From Candidatus Levyibacteriota bacterium (lineage in GTDB: Bacteria > Patescibacteriota > Microgenomatia > Levybacterales > UBA12049), in contig DAIDHL010000001.1 in assembly GCA_027459745.1 (NCBI GenBank), forward strand, positions 77,828 to 141,827: a stretch of 64,000 nucleotides of DNA, in the 5' to 3' direction. Position 1 is the stretch's first letter, and every line of letters begins with the position of its first letter. Under the pieces are notes generated by a model. It worked only from the letters and a program-made list of their open reading frames with translations. It made no database searches and was not told where the DNA came from. Shown here piece after piece: positions 63,144-64,000 of this stretch. The position numbers and the translations under genes are program-made.

Positions 63144-64000
63144 CTTAAAAATGATCTTATTTGCATTATTACTTGGCTTATTTGCCGAACTTATTTTTTT
63201 ATTAGGTATTGTACATTTATATTATTTGCTATACATTGCATTATTGACCTCTATATATTGGGTAACTGCGTTTTATTTTCTTTACTCGAGGAAGAAGCAA
63301 GCAGCTTTGTTATTAAATAACTCTTATAAAAAATTTTCCAAATTTGAGCTATTTTTATGTTTAAGTCTTAGTATATTAGCACTAGTTAACCTGTTAGGAG
63401 CATTATCTCCGGATCTTGCTTTTGATGCATTATGGTATCATTTGACTTTGCCCAAGTTATATTTAATGCACCACGGAATTTGGCATATACCGGGTGGTCT
63501 TTTGTATTACAGTGACATGCCCAAATTAGGAGAATTATTATATGTCGTAACATTAAGCTTAGGTAATGAAATTATAGGTAATTTAGTGCAGTTCTTTGCT
63601 GGAATATTTGTAAGTGTAGCAATTTTTAAAATTGCCAATAAGTATCTAAACAGAACATATTCCTTATTGGCTGTTATCATTTTTTATTCTAATTTAGCAG
63701 TTGCATGGGAATCAACTACTGCTTATGTTGATCTGATCAGGGGAATATTTGAAGTAACGGCACTTTGGTCGTTTATTATTTTTAGTGAAAAAGGTAAAAC
63801 AAAATATTTACTAATCACATTTTCACTAATTGGTTTTGCCATAATGTCTAAATTAATTGCTTTGGGAACTTTAATTATTTTTCTTGCTCTATATTTATAT
63901 TTAGACTCAAAAAACAAACATAAAATATTAATGTCAGTCTTCCTCCTATTTATTAGTTTACTCCCTTCACTACCATGGTTTATTTTTTCATATATACATA
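63144..64000 (+). CDS. GT-C-fold membrane glycosyltransferase (PMT_2/ArnT-like), 3'-partial. It runs off the window end.
   Basis: ATG at 63144 with an open frame to the end of the window. Multiple TM helices and a periplasmic-loop motif (PDLAFDALWYHL) in the position typical of GT-C enzymes. Confidence 0.5.

Noticed and set aside
1-64000. Mobile elements (IS, transposase, integrase, phage genes), rRNA operons, CRISPR-Cas
   Set aside because: No transposase, integrase, recombinase or cas motifs were found in any frame, and there are no long terminal inverted repeats or rRNA-like conserved stretches. The accessory-looking 19-38 kb region therefore lacks an identifiable mobility module in this window.

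Overview
AT-rich bacterial chromosomal segment, roughly one-third G+C by eye. Many genes have no Shine-Dalgarno sequence and several appear leaderless from promoter spacing. Gene content points to a small-genome, low-GC bacterium, possibly a Patescibacteria/CPR-like lineage, but taxonomy cannot be settled from sequence alone.

Main blocks, in order:
- 1-8.3 kb: a stripped-down division/cell-wall cluster, glmS(partial)-mraY-ftsW-murG-short ftsQ-like-ftsA-ftsZ, with an intrinsic terminator after ftsZ.
- 8.58 kb: an atypical tRNA-Cys(GCA)-like element immediately followed by an unknown 343-aa protein.
- 9.9-13.6 kb: a GT-C membrane glycosyltransferase plus HIT hydrolase pair (minus strand) and a secreted GH8 glycoside hydrolase.
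- 13.7 kb: a stand-alone family-A DNA polymerase domain (PolA-like, no exonuclease domains).
- 15.7-18.9 kb: a 1040-aa glycine-rich surface protein (Listeria-Bacteroides repeat, fn3-like, LysM, C-terminal TM).
- 19-38 kb: an accessory-looking stretch of small membrane, secreted and hypothetical proteins. It is enriched in nucleotide house-cleaning and end-processing enzymes: 3 NUDIX, 2 HD, a LigD-type 3'-phosphoesterase, and a zf-UBP protein. It also holds MscS, a PadR operon, alpha/beta hydrolases, a DUF45 metallohydrolase, and two large domain-less membrane-anchored extracellular proteins.
- 38.5-43.8 kb: archaeal-type PEP carboxylase divergent from an F420 module (Fgd-like LLM dehydrogenase, cofE, cofD, second LLM oxidoreductase).
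- 44-51 kb: NUDIX, ileS (type 2, apparently leaderless), a second SEDS protein (rodA-like), rplU, rpmA, parB overlapping rpmA with no parA, lepB, and tRNA-Val(CAC).
- 51-64 kb: a surface glycan / protein-glycosylation cluster: secreted C39-like peptidase, SAM methyltransferase, GT4, Wzy-like membrane proteins, GT2, Wzx flippase, a GT2::GT-C fusion, GT2, and a partial GT-C.

No transposases, integrases, CRISPR arrays or rRNA genes were seen. The most notable candidates for follow-up are the F420 module in this genomic background, the exonuclease-less PolA, the lone LigD phosphoesterase and dNTPase-like HD proteins, the aberrant tRNA-Cys-like element, and the GT2::GT-C fusion.
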